Notes: generated by a model not told the origin, from the letters alone. A stretch of 64,000 nt of DNA from Candidatus Latescibacterota bacterium (GCA_965116885.1 OZ220741.1:832001-896000), one strand, 5' to 3'. Shown: positions 47,511 through 58,829, counted from the stretch's first letter. Numbers and translations: made by a program.

Positions 47511-50054
47511 TCACGCCCAGGTAATTAACCCTGTATCACATATCGAATTGAGGTCCTGATGGTGCGGGCGAACGCGAACTGTATAGCCCCATCGGCCGCT
47601 TTTTTGCAAAGGCAGGTGCCCCACAAAAGTATGGGAATCCACAAGTACCATAGGCAGCGACTCACCCTGGACAATCTGCCCCTCTGCGCCGACCTGCCCG
47701 TGAAAAATTTCGACAGCCACATCCTCTACACTCAAGTCGCCCAACGCGACATCCGCGCGAATTTCGACCTTGTCGCCCACATGTGATGTCTGCGCCTGGC
47801 TCGACGCTACAGAACGGACCGCGACATCCTTCCACCCCTGGCGAACTCTATCTTTCCATTCGGCCAGAGCACTGGCTCTCGCGCCATTGTTATCCGAGAG
47901 GTCTTTTGATCGCGCATGCGCCTTCAAATAGAACCGCTCGGTATATTCCTGCACCATGCGGTGGGTATTGAACTTTGGACACAACACGCGCATAGCATTC
48001 TTCATCCGGGCGATCCATCCTCTGGGCAATCCATCCACACCGCGATTATAAAAAAGCGGCACCGCTTCTTTCTCGAGAATATTGTAAATCGCCCGCGCTT
48101 CAATCTGGTTTTGATACGCCGGATCGTCGTATTCTTTACCGTGACCGATCTCCCAGCCCAATTCCGGTTGATACGCTTCGTCCCACCAGCCATCGAGCAC
48201 GCTGAGATTTAACGCGCCATTGGCAACGGCTTTCATGCCACTGGTACCGCTGGCTTCCTGCGGTCTCATCGGCGTATTCAGCCAGATATCGACCCCTTGC
48301 ACGAGATAACGCGCCACACACATATCGTAATTCTCGATAAAAACCAGACGCCGATGGAGATACTCGCGCTGCGTAAGACTGAAAATTTCCTGAATAAATT
48401 CTTTTCCCGCATGGTCCTGCGGATGCGCCTTGCCCGCAAAAATAACCTGAACGGGACGTTCTTCATTGCACAAAATACGCGTGAGCCTCTCGAGATCGTG
48501 AAACAAAAGCGTTGCGCGTTTATAAGTCGCAAAACGCCTGGCAAATCCAATTGTAAGCGCATCGGAAGTCAGAACCTCGTCGGCGCGCGCCATATCGATT
48601 GACGACGCTATTTCTCGCTGCAACTGCTTTCTAAGACGCTGCCGCGCAAATGCAACGAGGCGTTCTCTTCTGCGCTCGTGGACGCGCCAGAGTTCCTCGG
48701 GCGGAATGTGGTCTATCGTCTCCCACACACTCTGATCGTGTGGTTCCTCCAGGCGTCGAGACCCCATGTAATTATCCTCAAGGGCGCGCATTTGTTGCGA
48801 GATATGGGAAGCAATATGAACGCCGTTGGTAATGGATTCGACGGGTATTTCATTTTTTGGCAGCCCGGGCCACAGCGACTGCCACATATTGCGCGAGACC
48901 TCGCCGTGGAGTTTGCTAACGCCATTGCGATAGGACGACAGCCTGAACGCGAGCACTGTCATATTAAAACCCTCGCTGACATTATGGGGATTCTCGCGCC
49001 CCAAAGCGAGGAATGCAGACATGGAAAGACCGAGATCCTGCGCGTAGGATCTGAAGTATTTTTCTATCAGAGAAACGGGAAAAACATCGTGCCCGGCCGG
49101 AACGGGGGTATGGGTCGTAAAAACGTGGCCTGACGACGTGTACTCTGCCGCCTGATCAAATGTGGCACCACTGTTGTGCATCGCCTGCAGTATGCGCTCC
49201 AGCCCCAGAAAAGCCGAATGCCCTTCATTCATGTGGCATACCGTGGGCTGTATGCCCAATGCGTTGAGCGCGCGCACACCGCCAATACCCAGCAGAATTT
49301 CCTGCCGGATGCGCGTCTCACTATCGCCACCGTAGAGCTGTGCTGTAATCTCGCGGATAGATGGCGGATTTTCCATCAAATTGGTATCGAGCAAGTACAG
49401 GGGAATGCGTCCAACCTGCACTTTCCATATCCGCACCCGCGCTTCTGCTTCGGGATATGAGAGCGTAATAGTGATATCCCGACCGCGCTCATCGCGAACA
49501 ATCTGGACGGGTAGTGCGTAATAGTCATTTTCGATATATTCTTCTTGTTGCCAACCGTCATTAGTGAGATACTGATTGAAATATCCGTGTTGATACAGCA
49601 GACCCACAGCAGAAAAGGGCAACCCCAGAGTACTCGCAGATTTGAGATGATCCCCAGCCAACACCCCCAGACCACCCGAATAAATCGGCAGACTTTCGGT
49701 GAGACCAAACTCCGCAGAAAAATAGGCGATTTGAATATCGGACGCTGTTTTGCCGTGGGCGGAGTGAAAATAGGTCTCGCCATCCATAAACGCGCGGAAA
49801 GACTCTGACACGCGCTTAAAATGCGCCATGAATCCCGGATTTTCAGAGAGTTGATTCAGGCGTTCCTGGCTGATATCATTGAGCATACGCACCGGATTGT
49901 GATAAACGGTTTCCCAGAGAATGGGATCAATGCGTCGAAACAGATCCATCGTATCCGGATCCCACGCCCAGCGCAGATTATACGCCAGTGCTTCCAGGCC
50001 CTGAAGGGATTTGGGCAATGAGGGTTTGACCACAAATGTAGAAATTGGTTTCAC
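47511..50054 (-). CDS. glgP: Alpha-glucan (glycogen) phosphorylase
   Basis: YSGGLGVLAGD, HMNEGH, ARRFATYKR, EASGTSGMK. Confidence 0.96.
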   Translation of the reverse strand: MKPISTFVVKPSLPKSLQGLEALAYNLRWAWDPDTMDLFRRIDPILWETVYHNPVRMLNDISQERLNQLSENPGFMAHFKRVSESFRAFMDGETYFHSAHGKTASDIQIAYFSAEFGLTESLPIYSGGLGVLAGDHLKSASTLGLPFSAVGLLYQHGYFNQYLTNDGWQQEEYIENDYYALPVQIVRDERGRDITITLSYPEAEARVRIWKVQVGRIPLYLLDTNLMENPPSIREITAQLYGGDSETRIRQEILLGIGGVRALNALGIQPTVCHMNEGHSAFLGLERILQAMHNSGATFDQAAEYTSSGHVFTTHTPVPAGHDVFPVSLIEKYFRSYAQDLGLSMSAFLALGRENPHNVSEGFNMTVLAFRLSSYRNGVSKLHGEVSRNMWQSLWPGLPKNEIPVESITNGVHIASHISQQMRALEDNYMGSRRLEEPHDQSVWETIDHIPPEELWRVHERRRERLVAFARQRLRKQLQREIASSIDMARADEVLTSDALTIGFARRFATYKRATLLFHDLERLTRILCNEERPVQVIFAGKAHPQDHAGKEFIQEIFSLTQREYLHRRLVFIENYDMCVARYLVQGVDIWLNTPMRPQEASGTSGMKAVANGALNLSVLDGWWDEAYQPELGWEIGHGKEYDDPAYQNQIEARAIYNILEKEAVPLFYNRGVDGLPRGWIARMKNAMRVLCPKFNTHRMVQEYTERFYLKAHARSKDLSDNNGARASALAEWKDRVRQGWKDVAVRSVASSQAQTSHVGDKVEIRADVALGDLSVEDVAVEIFHGQVGAEGQIVQGESLPMVLVDSHTFVGHLPLQKSGRWGYTVRVRPHHQDLNSICDTGLITWA

Positions 50055-50072
50055 AGAGTTTTCTCCTGAACG

Positions 50073-51095
50073 TCACACATCTGCAACAGCGACGACTGCA
50101 TCTGTTTCCCACGATTTTATCGCCGCTTCAATAACCATCTGTGCTTTGAGTGCTTCTTCACCCGAACCTTCGATATCTTCGGGAGATGCGTCTTCAAGAT
50201 TTTGCTCTATCCACCGCCCAATGCGGCTTTGAAATGTTTCGTTGAACCCCATCATACCGCCGATATAGTCATAGCGTTCGAGTTCCATTGAACGGCGGGG
50301 GTGAAAATGCAGGCGTTCACAGGCTTCTTCCAGCACAAAGCGAGCGTCTGATCCGGCAACTTCGAGACGTTCGAGACCATAAGACCCTCCCGGTCCCGTG
50401 GCATCGTAACTTCCGGTGAGATTACCCACCGTACCGTCTGAAAAGCGCATGTTGAGTTGCATATTTGACCAGCACACGCGGCGATTGCCATCTCGATCCA
50501 GGCCGCGCTTAAAAAAGGCACTCACCTTTTCAATATCGCCGCAAAAGTAGCGCATAACATCGATAGAGTGCGGGTGCAAGGCGCGAATGTGGAACCACGG
50601 CGACGTTTCTCGGGGATTATTGATCCACATAGTCATATTGATAATATTGATCTCGCCCAGCCTACCCTGATCAACCCAATCTTTGGCACGCGCAGCAGCA
50701 GGCGTAAAACGGTGATTGAGGTCAATACCATAGCGCAGATTTTTATCTTTTGCTCTGGCAACCATCTCTTTTGCCTCGTCAATATTATTCGAAATCGGTT
50801 TTTCTCCGAGTACATGAACACCCGCTTCGAGGAGTTCCATCGTAGGTTTATAGTGATCGCCACCATTTTCATGACCGGCAGTCGCAACACTTGCCACCGC
50901 GATATCCAGCCCCCCGTCGAGCATATCTTGCACAGAGTAAAATGCCCTAACACCGTATTGCGACGCCGCGGCGTCTGCGCGTTTTCGGTCTATATCGCAA
51001 ACAGCAGCGAGATTGCACTGATCGTGACCATTATAAATAGTGGCGTGTCGGTTGCCAATACCCCCCAAACCGACCACGGCGACATTTAATCCCAT
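50073..51095 (-). CDS. Gfo/Idh/MocA oxidoreductase
   Basis: GLGGIG Rossmann motif, HVLGEKP, NHRFTP, HSID. Confidence 0.92.
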   Translation of the reverse strand: MGLNVAVVGLGGIGNRHATIYNGHDQCNLAAVCDIDRKRADAAASQYGVRAFYSVQDMLDGGLDIAVASVATAGHENGGDHYKPTMELLEAGVHVLGEKPISNNIDEAKEMVARAKDKNLRYGIDLNHRFTPAAARAKDWVDQGRLGEINIINMTMWINNPRETSPWFHIRALHPHSIDVMRYFCGDIEKVSAFFKRGLDRDGNRRVCWSNMQLNMRFSDGTVGNLTGSYDATGPGGSYGLERLEVAGSDARFVLEEACERLHFHPRRSMELERYDYIGGMMGFNETFQSRIGRWIEQNLEDASPEDIEGSGEEALKAQMVIEAAIKSWETDAVVAVADV

Positions 51096-51108
51096 TGAAA
51101 ACTCCTTT

Positions 51109-51798
51109 CTACCAGTTACTGAGTATCCGACCTACAAATGCCGGGACTTCGTCTGTAAAAAAGTACATGACGGCAAAGATCGCGAAGATAATATAGATCC
51201 CGATTATGGTGAACATGATCGTCTTTTTGCGCTTGCTCATTTTGGTGCTCGACGAAGCTCTGAGATCGCGCGATTGCCTGAGAAAAGGCTCTGCTTTATC
51301 TTCCTCCTCAGAGGACGCTTCCGATGGTGCTTCCTCCTCTTCTCCTTCTTCAGTAATCTCCTCCGACACGTCTTCCTCAGCCTCGGATTCCTCCGCGTCT
51401 GCAGGCGTGTCCGATTCTGTCTCTCCCTCTAATTTGGCTATATCGAACACATGCTCTATTTTTTCGATAAGCGTTTTGTCTTCAAATGGTTTTTCAACAA
51501 TACCGTAAACACCCTGTTCCAGAAGCGCTTTGGCTTCTGCTTCCTCAACGGGAAAGGATACCACAATCACCGGCATCTCAAAGCCTTCTTCGCGAATAAA
51601 TTCGATCAACACATCGCCGTGAACAACCGGCATCTCGAGATTGAGCAACACCAGATCGGGTTGTCCGTGCGCGATTGCGTCAACCCCTTCGACCCACGTA
51701 GTCGCGCGCTGTGCCTGATAATTATTGGATTCGAGAATCTTGACAATCCGTTCAACAACGGCTTCTTCACTGTCAATAGTTAAAATTTTTGTCATCAT
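51109..51798 (-). CDS. Pseudo-receiver domain protein with an acidic linker and a C-terminal TM anchor
   Basis: KILTID, PDLVLLNLEMP, PVIVVS, EKPF; Glu-rich linker; KRKK followed by a hydrophobic helix. Confidence 0.8.
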   Translation of the reverse strand: MMTKILTIDSEEAVVERIVKILESNNYQAQRATTWVEGVDAIAHGQPDLVLLNLEMPVVHGDVLIEFIREEGFEMPVIVVSFPVEEAEAKALLEQGVYGIVEKPFEDKTLIEKIEHVFDIAKLEGETESDTPADAEESEAEEDVSEEITEEGEEEEAPSEASSEEEDKAEPFLRQSRDLRASSSTKMSKRKKTIMFTIIGIYIIFAIFAVMYFFTDEVPAFVGRILSNW

Positions 51799-51973
51799 GT
51801 CCCCCTGTGGGTAGTAGGGAAAATATTGGCAATTGGAAGTATAAAACGAATAAAGTCCAATGACAAGGATTTTCCCTGTGCATGTCACCCGGTGAGTTCT
51901 CTCTTGATGGGTGAACGTGTGTGTAGTATATTGCAATGTCAATGGAAGTTAAAAATTAAAAATTGGGAGTCTT

Positions 51974-54900
51974 ATGGAAACAAAAAGCATCGTCGTAAAA
52001 GGTGCGCGGGTACACAACCTGCAAAATGTAGATCTGACATTGCCCCGACACGCGCTAATATGTTTTACCGGCGTTTCCGGTTCGGGCAAGTCGTCAATGG
52101 CTTTCGACACCATCTATGCCGAAGGTCAGCGGCGTTACGTGGAATCCCTATCCGCGTACGCGCGTCAATTTTTGGGACAGATGGAAAAACCCGAAGTCGA
52201 TCACATTACGGGATTGTCGCCAACGATTTCCATCGAACAAAAGACCGCCGGGCGCAACCCCCGCTCAACCGTGGGCACAATGACCGAAATCTACGACTAT
52301 TTGCGCGTATTATTTGCGCGAATTGGCACCCCCCATTGCATACATGACGACACGCCAATTGGGGCGCAAACGCGCGACGGCATCGTAGATCAAATCATGG
52401 CACTGGGTGAAGGCACGCGCATTCACATACTCTCTTCTCTCGTACAGGGGCGAAAAGGAGAGTATCACGACCTGTTTGAAAATTTGCAAAAAGAGGGCTA
52501 TATCCGCGCGCGCGTGGATGGACAGATTGTAACATTGACCCAGACTCCGAAATTGGAGCGCTACAAAAGACACGACATCGAAGTCGTAATTGATCGGATT
52601 ATCGCAAAAAAAACCATGCGAGGGCGCATAGGCGAAGCCGTCGATGCCGGTCTCATAATGGGCAAAGGGGCGATCATTGTCAGCGCAGAGGGCGAAGATG
52701 ATCTCCTCCTGAGTACCCACTTTTCCTGTCCCACCTGTGGACGCAGCGCGCAGGAACCTGTGCCGCAATTATTCTCATTCAACAGCCCGCAGGGCATGTG
52801 CCCCGGCTGTCGCGGTTTGGGCACGCGCTTTGCAATGGATCTGGCAAAAGCCATCCCCAATCCCGAATTATCTGTAATAGAGGGCGCTATTGCGCCGTTG
52901 GGCGTACCAAAAAACCGGTGGAAAGCTCACTATTACGCGGGCGTTTTGAAGCGCCATGGCGCAGATTTGCAAACGCCGTGGAAGCGCATCTCACCAGAGG
53001 GCCAACAAGCATTATTATACGGCATAGACGGCAAAATGACCTTTGAATGGCGCCGCAGCAACGGCAGCATAAAACGCCATCGCGATGGGTTTGAGGGCAT
53101 CCTGCCCCCAATGGAGCGACAGTACGCCGAGGGACGGAGCCAGATAGTACGCAAACGCCTCGCACCCTTCATGCGCGTGGGTATTTGTCCCGTATGCGAA
53201 GGCACGCGCTTGAAACCCGAAGCTCTCTCCGTCAAAATCGAAGGACAGACCCTGCCCGATGTCACCGCGATGACAGTCGATCGCGCACACGCCTTTTTTC
53301 AAAGCCTCAAATTGACCGAGACCCAGGCGCGAATCGCCGAAGACGCCTTAAAAGAAATTCGCGGGCGATTGAAATTTCTCCTCGATGTGGGCCTCGACTA
53401 TCTCACACTCAATCGCACGGCACCGACACTATCGGGCGGAGAGGCGCAACGCATTCGCCTCGCCAGCCAGATCGGATCCGGATTGGTAGGCGTAACATAC
53501 GTGCTGGACGAACCGTCAATTGGTCTGCACCACCGCGACAATCGGCGATTGCTCGACGCCTTGTGCCACCTGCGGGACGTGGGCAATACCGTAATCGTCG
53601 TCGAACACGACGAAGACACCATGCGGCGCGCGGATCGCGTAATAGATTTTGGACCCGGTCCCGGGCATCTCGGTGGTCGGATAGTCGCCGAGGGATCGTG
53701 GAAACAGATAGCGAGAAGAACCCGCTCAGTAACGGGAGCTTATCTCTCGGGAAAAGAAAAAATAGCAGTACCCGAAAGGCGCTCCGTATCGCATCGCGGC
53801 TTATGGATTCGGGGTGCTCGCCACAATAATCTAAAAAATATCGACGTAAAAATTCCCATCGGCGTATTTACCTGTATCACGGGCGTATCCGGATCGGGAA
53901 AATCATCGCTAATTGCCGATATCCTCTACCCCGCTCTCGCGCGAGAACTCAACCGCGCAGAAACGGAAACAGGCGCGCACCGCTGCATTGAAGGCATAGG
54001 TCTCCTGGACAAAGTCATCGAGATCAACCAGCAACCCATCGGGCGTACACCGCGCAGCAACGCAGCGACATATACGGGTGTATTTGATCCCATTCGAAAA
54101 TTATTTGCCGAGTTACCCGAGTCAAAAGTACGGGGATATAAACCCGGACGCTTCAGCTTTAACGTAAAGGGCGGGCGGTGCGAAGCGTGTAAGGGCAATG
54201 GCGCAAACCTCGTCGAAATGGACTTCCTCGCCGATGTGTGGGTAACGTGTCCCGTGTGTGAAGGGCGGCGTTTTAATCGCGAGACCCTGGACATAAAATA
54301 CAAGGGCAAATCCATCGCCGATGTGCTGGCGATGGAAGTCGAAGAAGCGCATCTGTTTTTTCAGGCAATCCCCGGCATTCACCGCATTCTCCAAACCCTG
54401 GTCGATGTGGGAATGGGCTACGTCAAATTGGGCCAGCCCGCACCAACGCTTTCCGGCGGTGAAGCACAACGGGTCAAGCTGTCAAAAGAACTGTGCCGCA
54501 GAAGCACGGGCAAAACCCTGTACATCCTGGACGAACCCACGACGGGCTTGCATTTTGCCGATATCCAGAATCTCTTGAATGTATTGCATCGGCTTGCGGA
54601 TATGGGCAATTCTGTGGTGGTCATCGAGCACAACCTGGACGTAATCAAAACCGCGGATTGGGTAATCGATCTGGGACCTGAAGGCGGCGAAGACGGGGGG
54701 CAAATTATAGCAGAAGGCACCCCCGAGCACCTGACGCAATCTCCCAATTCTCACACGGGACGCGCGCTTGGCGAAGTGTTGACCCACACGCCACTCATAT
54801 CTGGAAAAAACGGTAAACGAATCGCCAATGGCCAGGTGCGCACGATTGACGTTGTGGGCGCGAGAGAGAACAACTTGCAAAATGTGGATGTATCCATTCC

Positions 54901-57625
54901 CCGCGAAAAAATGACCGTGATTTCCGGCGTATCGGGTTCGGGAAAATCTTCCCTAACACTCGACACAATTTACGCCGAGGGACAGCGGCGATATGTCGAA
55001 TCCCTATCCGCTTATGCGCGACAATTTTTGGGACAAATGCCCAAACCAAAGGTCGATCGCGTGGTGGGCCTGTCGCCCGCGATTGCCATTGAACAAAAAG
55101 CCGCGAGCAAAAACCCGCGCTCAACCGTAGGCACCGTAACAGAGGTGTACGATTACCTGCGGGCACTCTACGCATTATTGGGCGATACCTATTGTCCAGA
55201 TTGCGATATATTAGCGGGCAGTCAGTCCGTGCAGGAAATTGTAGCGCGCGTACTGAAAATGAAACGACGCCTCTACCTTCTCGCACCCATAGAACTCGGC
55301 AAAGGCGAAGATTATACCAGCTTGATCAACCGCTTTCGCCGCAAAGGCTATTTGCGCGGCAGGCTCAATGGCGAAGTTTTCAACCTGTCAAACCCACCCG
55401 AGATCGATTACAGACAGACCCACAGGCTCGAAATCCTGATAGATCGCGTAATCGCAGCAAAAAAGAACCGCAAACGCATCGCGGACTCCATCGAAATCGC
55501 GCTGGATATTTCAGGGGGCATTTTGATCGTCGCATCGCCCGATGACAGCGAAGAAACGCGATTTAGCCAGCACCTCTCGTGTTCATCCTGCGGGCGCAGT
55601 TTTGAAACAATAACCCCTCAGCACCTATCATTCAACAGCTCTGAAGGCTGGTGTTTGTCGTGCGAAGGATTGGGCACACAGCGCGGCATGGGCATCCACA
55701 CATTAATCCCCGATATTCACAAATCACTATCTGAAGGCGCAGTACTCGCCTGGGGAAAAGTAGAACCGCACACACAAATAGGCGACATGCTATCTGCGGT
55801 CGGCGCAGCTGCGGGCTTTGACCTGCACACCCCTTTCGCGCAAATATCAACGGAAGGACAACACGCAATCTTATACGGCCTGGGCACACAGTGGCTAAAA
55901 ACCTCTAAAAATCTCTCATTCCAATTCAAGGGCCTGTTTCCCACAATCGAGACCCTCGTGCGACAAGCGCCGCGATTTCGGCGGCTAATGGGTGACTTTA
56001 TCCAGGACGTGCCGTGTCCCTCCTGCAAGGGATCCCGCCTGAAGCCAGAAAGTACTGCCATAAAACTATTTGGCAAAACAATGCCCCAACTGGTGGCAAT
56101 GCCCATCCGCGAAGTACGCACCTATTTTGACGCAATGGTATTGGAAGGGCAGGCGCGCGAAGCCGCCGCAGAGGTATTGCACGAAATCCAGAGCCGCCTG
56201 CGGTTTCTCGACGAAGTGGGCCTGGGATATTTGAACCTGGGACGGCGAGCACCCACGCTATCGGGCGGCGAAGCCCAGCGCATCCGCCTCGCCAGCCAGA
56301 TCGGCTCCGGTCTCACCGGGGTCCTCTACGTACTCGACGAACCGACAATTGGCCTGCACCAGCGCGACAACCACCAGTTACTGGCTGCACTGGCACAACT
56401 GCGCGACCTGGGCAATTCTCTACTCGTTGTCGAACACGACCGCGAGACCTTGAATCGGGCAGATCACATTCTGGACTTTGGGCCGGGCGCAGGTGTTGAA
56501 GGCGGACGCATTGTAGCCGCTGGCAATCCGCGCAAATTGAAAACCGAAAACGGCTCAATAACCGCGCATTATCTCGCGGGCGATTTACAAATCGAGATCC
56601 CCGATGAGCGGCGAAACCCCGAACGGGGATCGCTTTGCGTGGTAGGCGCTCGGCATAACAACTTAAAAAACGTCGATGTCTCATTTCCGCTGGGCACCTT
56701 GACCTGCGTAACCGGCGTATCGGGATCGGGCAAAAGTTCGCTCGTCAACGACGTACTTTTCGGCGCACTCGCCGCCCGCGTGAACCGCGCCCAAAAAGCC
56801 TGGGGAGAACACGACGAGGTCCTGGGATTGGAACGCATCGACAAAGTGATCAACATCGACCAGACGCCCATTGGCTATTCGCCGCGCAGCAATCCCGCGA
56901 CCTATGTCAAAGTGTTCGACAAAATACGCACCCTGTACGCCAGCTTACCAGACGCCCAGGTACGCGGATTTAAAACCGGGCATTTCAGCTTTAATCACAA
57001 ACGCGGGCGGTGCGATGCCTGTGCGGGTTTGGGCGCGCGCCGTATTGAAATGCACTTCTTGCCCGATGTGTGGATCACATGTGAAAATTGTGGCGGAAAG
57101 CGCTACAACCGCGACGTAATTGATATAACTTATAAGGGCGCGTCAATTGCCGATGTGCTAAAAATGACAGTAGCCGAAGCCCTATCGCATTTTACCCATA
57201 TACCCGGCATCCAGCGCTCACTCCAAACGCTATTTGACGTGGGCCTGGGCTATATCAAAATGGGACAGGCATCGACCACGCTCTCAGGCGGCGAAGCCCA
57301 GCGCGTGAAATTGGCGCGCGAATTGGCGCGACCGAGCACGGGCAAAACCGTATATATCCTCGACGAACCCACAACGGGATTGCACTTTGCTGACATCCAG
57401 AAACTACTCGACGTACTCAACCGCCTCGTCAACGCGGGCAACACCGCAATCGTAATCGAACACAACCTGGACGTAATCAAAACCGCCGATTGGGTCATCG
57501 ACCTGGGGCCAGAAGGCGGAGAAGATGGCGGCGATTTAATTGCTTGCGGAACGCCCGAAGATGTGGTATCTGTTACCGCTTCTCATACCGGACGATTTTT
57601 GAAGGATGCGCTGGAGGAAAAATGA
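51974..57625 (+). CDS. uvrA: Excinuclease ABC subunit A, double-length (tandem) form
   Basis: Two complete UvrA units; four GVSGSGKSS Walker A motifs, four LSGGEAQR signatures, Cys zinc modules. Confidence 0.96.
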   Translation: METKSIVVKGARVHNLQNVDLTLPRHALICFTGVSGSGKSSMAFDTIYAEGQRRYVESLSAYARQFLGQMEKPEVDHITGLSPTISIEQKTAGRNPRSTVGTMTEIYDYLRVLFARIGTPHCIHDDTPIGAQTRDGIVDQIMALGEGTRIHILSSLVQGRKGEYHDLFENLQKEGYIRARVDGQIVTLTQTPKLERYKRHDIEVVIDRIIAKKTMRGRIGEAVDAGLIMGKGAIIVSAEGEDDLLLSTHFSCPTCGRSAQEPVPQLFSFNSPQGMCPGCRGLGTRFAMDLAKAIPNPELSVIEGAIAPLGVPKNRWKAHYYAGVLKRHGADLQTPWKRISPEGQQALLYGIDGKMTFEWRRSNGSIKRHRDGFEGILPPMERQYAEGRSQIVRKRLAPFMRVGICPVCEGTRLKPEALSVKIEGQTLPDVTAMTVDRAHAFFQSLKLTETQARIAEDALKEIRGRLKFLLDVGLDYLTLNRTAPTLSGGEAQRIRLASQIGSGLVGVTYVLDEPSIGLHHRDNRRLLDALCHLRDVGNTVIVVEHDEDTMRRADRVIDFGPGPGHLGGRIVAEGSWKQIARRTRSVTGAYLSGKEKIAVPERRSVSHRGLWIRGARHNNLKNIDVKIPIGVFTCITGVSGSGKSSLIADILYPALARELNRAETETGAHRCIEGIGLLDKVIEINQQPIGRTPRSNAATYTGVFDPIRKLFAELPESKVRGYKPGRFSFNVKGGRCEACKGNGANLVEMDFLADVWVTCPVCEGRRFNRETLDIKYKGKSIADVLAMEVEEAHLFFQAIPGIHRILQTLVDVGMGYVKLGQPAPTLSGGEAQRVKLSKELCRRSTGKTLYILDEPTTGLHFADIQNLLNVLHRLADMGNSVVVIEHNLDVIKTADWVIDLGPEGGEDGGQIIAEGTPEHLTQSPNSHTGRALGEVLTHTPLISGKNGKRIANGQVRTIDVVGARENNLQNVDVSIPREKMTVISGVSGSGKSSLTLDTIYAEGQRRYVESLSAYARQFLGQMPKPKVDRVVGLSPAIAIEQKAASKNPRSTVGTVTEVYDYLRALYALLGDTYCPDCDILAGSQSVQEIVARVLKMKRRLYLLAPIELGKGEDYTSLINRFRRKGYLRGRLNGEVFNLSNPPEIDYRQTHRLEILIDRVIAAKKNRKRIADSIEIALDISGGILIVASPDDSEETRFSQHLSCSSCGRSFETITPQHLSFNSSEGWCLSCEGLGTQRGMGIHTLIPDIHKSLSEGAVLAWGKVEPHTQIGDMLSAVGAAAGFDLHTPFAQISTEGQHAILYGLGTQWLKTSKNLSFQFKGLFPTIETLVRQAPRFRRLMGDFIQDVPCPSCKGSRLKPESTAIKLFGKTMPQLVAMPIREVRTYFDAMVLEGQAREAAAEVLHEIQSRLRFLDEVGLGYLNLGRRAPTLSGGEAQRIRLASQIGSGLTGVLYVLDEPTIGLHQRDNHQLLAALAQLRDLGNSLLVVEHDRETLNRADHILDFGPGAGVEGGRIVAAGNPRKLKTENGSITAHYLAGDLQIEIPDERRNPERGSLCVVGARHNNLKNVDVSFPLGTLTCVTGVSGSGKSSLVNDVLFGALAARVNRAQKAWGEHDEVLGLERIDKVINIDQTPIGYSPRSNPATYVKVFDKIRTLYASLPDAQVRGFKTGHFSFNHKRGRCDACAGLGARRIEMHFLPDVWITCENCGGKRYNRDVIDITYKGASIADVLKMTVAEALSHFTHIPGIQRSLQTLFDVGLGYIKMGQASTTLSGGEAQRVKLARELARPSTGKTVYILDEPTTGLHFADIQKLLDVLNRLVNAGNTAIVIEHNLDVIKTADWVIDLGPEGGEDGGDLIACGTPEDVVSVTASHTGRFLKDALEEK

Positions 57626-58809
57626 TATCTCGCATATTGATATGCACAATTGTATTACTCTCTGCGAGCAGTGCCATAGCCGACCCTTCCAAAATCGACT
57701 TTTGGAGTACGCAGCGCAAGGGCGCCAATCAACAAAATGCGCAACACCGTCCCGAATGGTACGTTGCAGCGGGGGAATTGGGATTGGATTATGTACGCAT
57801 CTTGCCCGATGCCTGGCCCGCCGAGGGCAGGGACTTCCTGATAGGCAATGCGGACAACTTTGAAGCAATCAACGAAACCGATCTGTCCCTATTGATCAAA
57901 GCACTCGACGAAGCCGAACGCAACGGCATTAAAGTCGTCCTTACAATGGTCAGCCTACCCGGCGCCCGCTGGAAACAACTGAACAATGACAAGGATGATG
58001 CGCGGCTCTGGAAAGACAAAAAATATCATCTACAAGCCTTTGAATTCTGGCGTCAACTCGCCGCACGCCTGAAAACACACCCCGCCATTGTCGCCTACAA
58101 CCCCCTCAACGAACCACACCCGGACAAGGCCTTCGGCTTTGATGCGCCAGACGAAAACTTCGCCCAGTGGTTCAAGCACATCCAGAACACGGCAGCCGAC
58201 CTCAACCAATTCAACCGGGAAATGGTCAAAGCAATCCGCTCCGTAGATACACACACCCCCATCATCCTCGACGGCTGGTTCTATGCATCTCCCAGGGCAT
58301 TCGACTACAATCGACCCGTTGACGATGACAAGGTCTTGTACGCCTTTCACAACCCCGGTCCCTGGCAAATGGTAACCTATCGCGTCAATAAAGGCAGATA
58401 CGCCTATCCGGACCGCGTGCCCAAATCGTGGAACGGACCAACAGAATCCTGGACAATTGATCGCCTTGCGCAGCAAATGCACGCAGTTCAAAAATTCTCC
58501 GAACAATACAACATACCCGCACATCGAATCATCGCCTCTGAATTCTGGTACGACCGTCGCCTTGAAGGCGCGGCAGCATATATGGCCGACCTCATCGAAA
58601 TCTATAACCAGCGCGACTGGCACTGGGCTTTTTATGCCTTTCGCGGCAGTGGCACATGGACCGGACTCGATTACGAAATTCCGCCAGGTCAAAAAATGGG
58701 TTGGCGTTACTGGCAAGCCATTGAACAGGGCAAAGATCCCGAACCTCTCAAACCGAGAGGACCGAATCCCTTATGGGAAATACTGCGGCGGCAGTTTGAA
58801 AAAAAGTGA
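57622..58809 (+). CDS. Secreted glycoside hydrolase family 5 (cellulase-like)
   Basis: Signal peptide, YNPLNEP acid/base, YAFH, IIASEF nucleophile, WAFY; ATGA overlap with uvrA. Confidence 0.85.
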   Translation: MISRILICTIVLLSASSAIADPSKIDFWSTQRKGANQQNAQHRPEWYVAAGELGLDYVRILPDAWPAEGRDFLIGNADNFEAINETDLSLLIKALDEAERNGIKVVLTMVSLPGARWKQLNNDKDDARLWKDKKYHLQAFEFWRQLAARLKTHPAIVAYNPLNEPHPDKAFGFDAPDENFAQWFKHIQNTAADLNQFNREMVKAIRSVDTHTPIILDGWFYASPRAFDYNRPVDDDKVLYAFHNPGPWQMVTYRVNKGRYAYPDRVPKSWNGPTESWTIDRLAQQMHAVQKFSEQYNIPAHRIIASEFWYDRRLEGAAAYMADLIEIYNQRDWHWAFYAFRGSGTWTGLDYEIPPGQKMGWRYWQAIEQGKDPEPLKPRGPNPLWEILRRQFEKK

Positions 58810-58829
58810 ATCGGTTGTCCTGTCTTACT

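Noticed and set aside
51799..51942. Upstream extension of the receiver-domain ORF
   Set aside because: Falls in the divergent promoter region shared with uvrA; the domain begins at ATG 51798/51795
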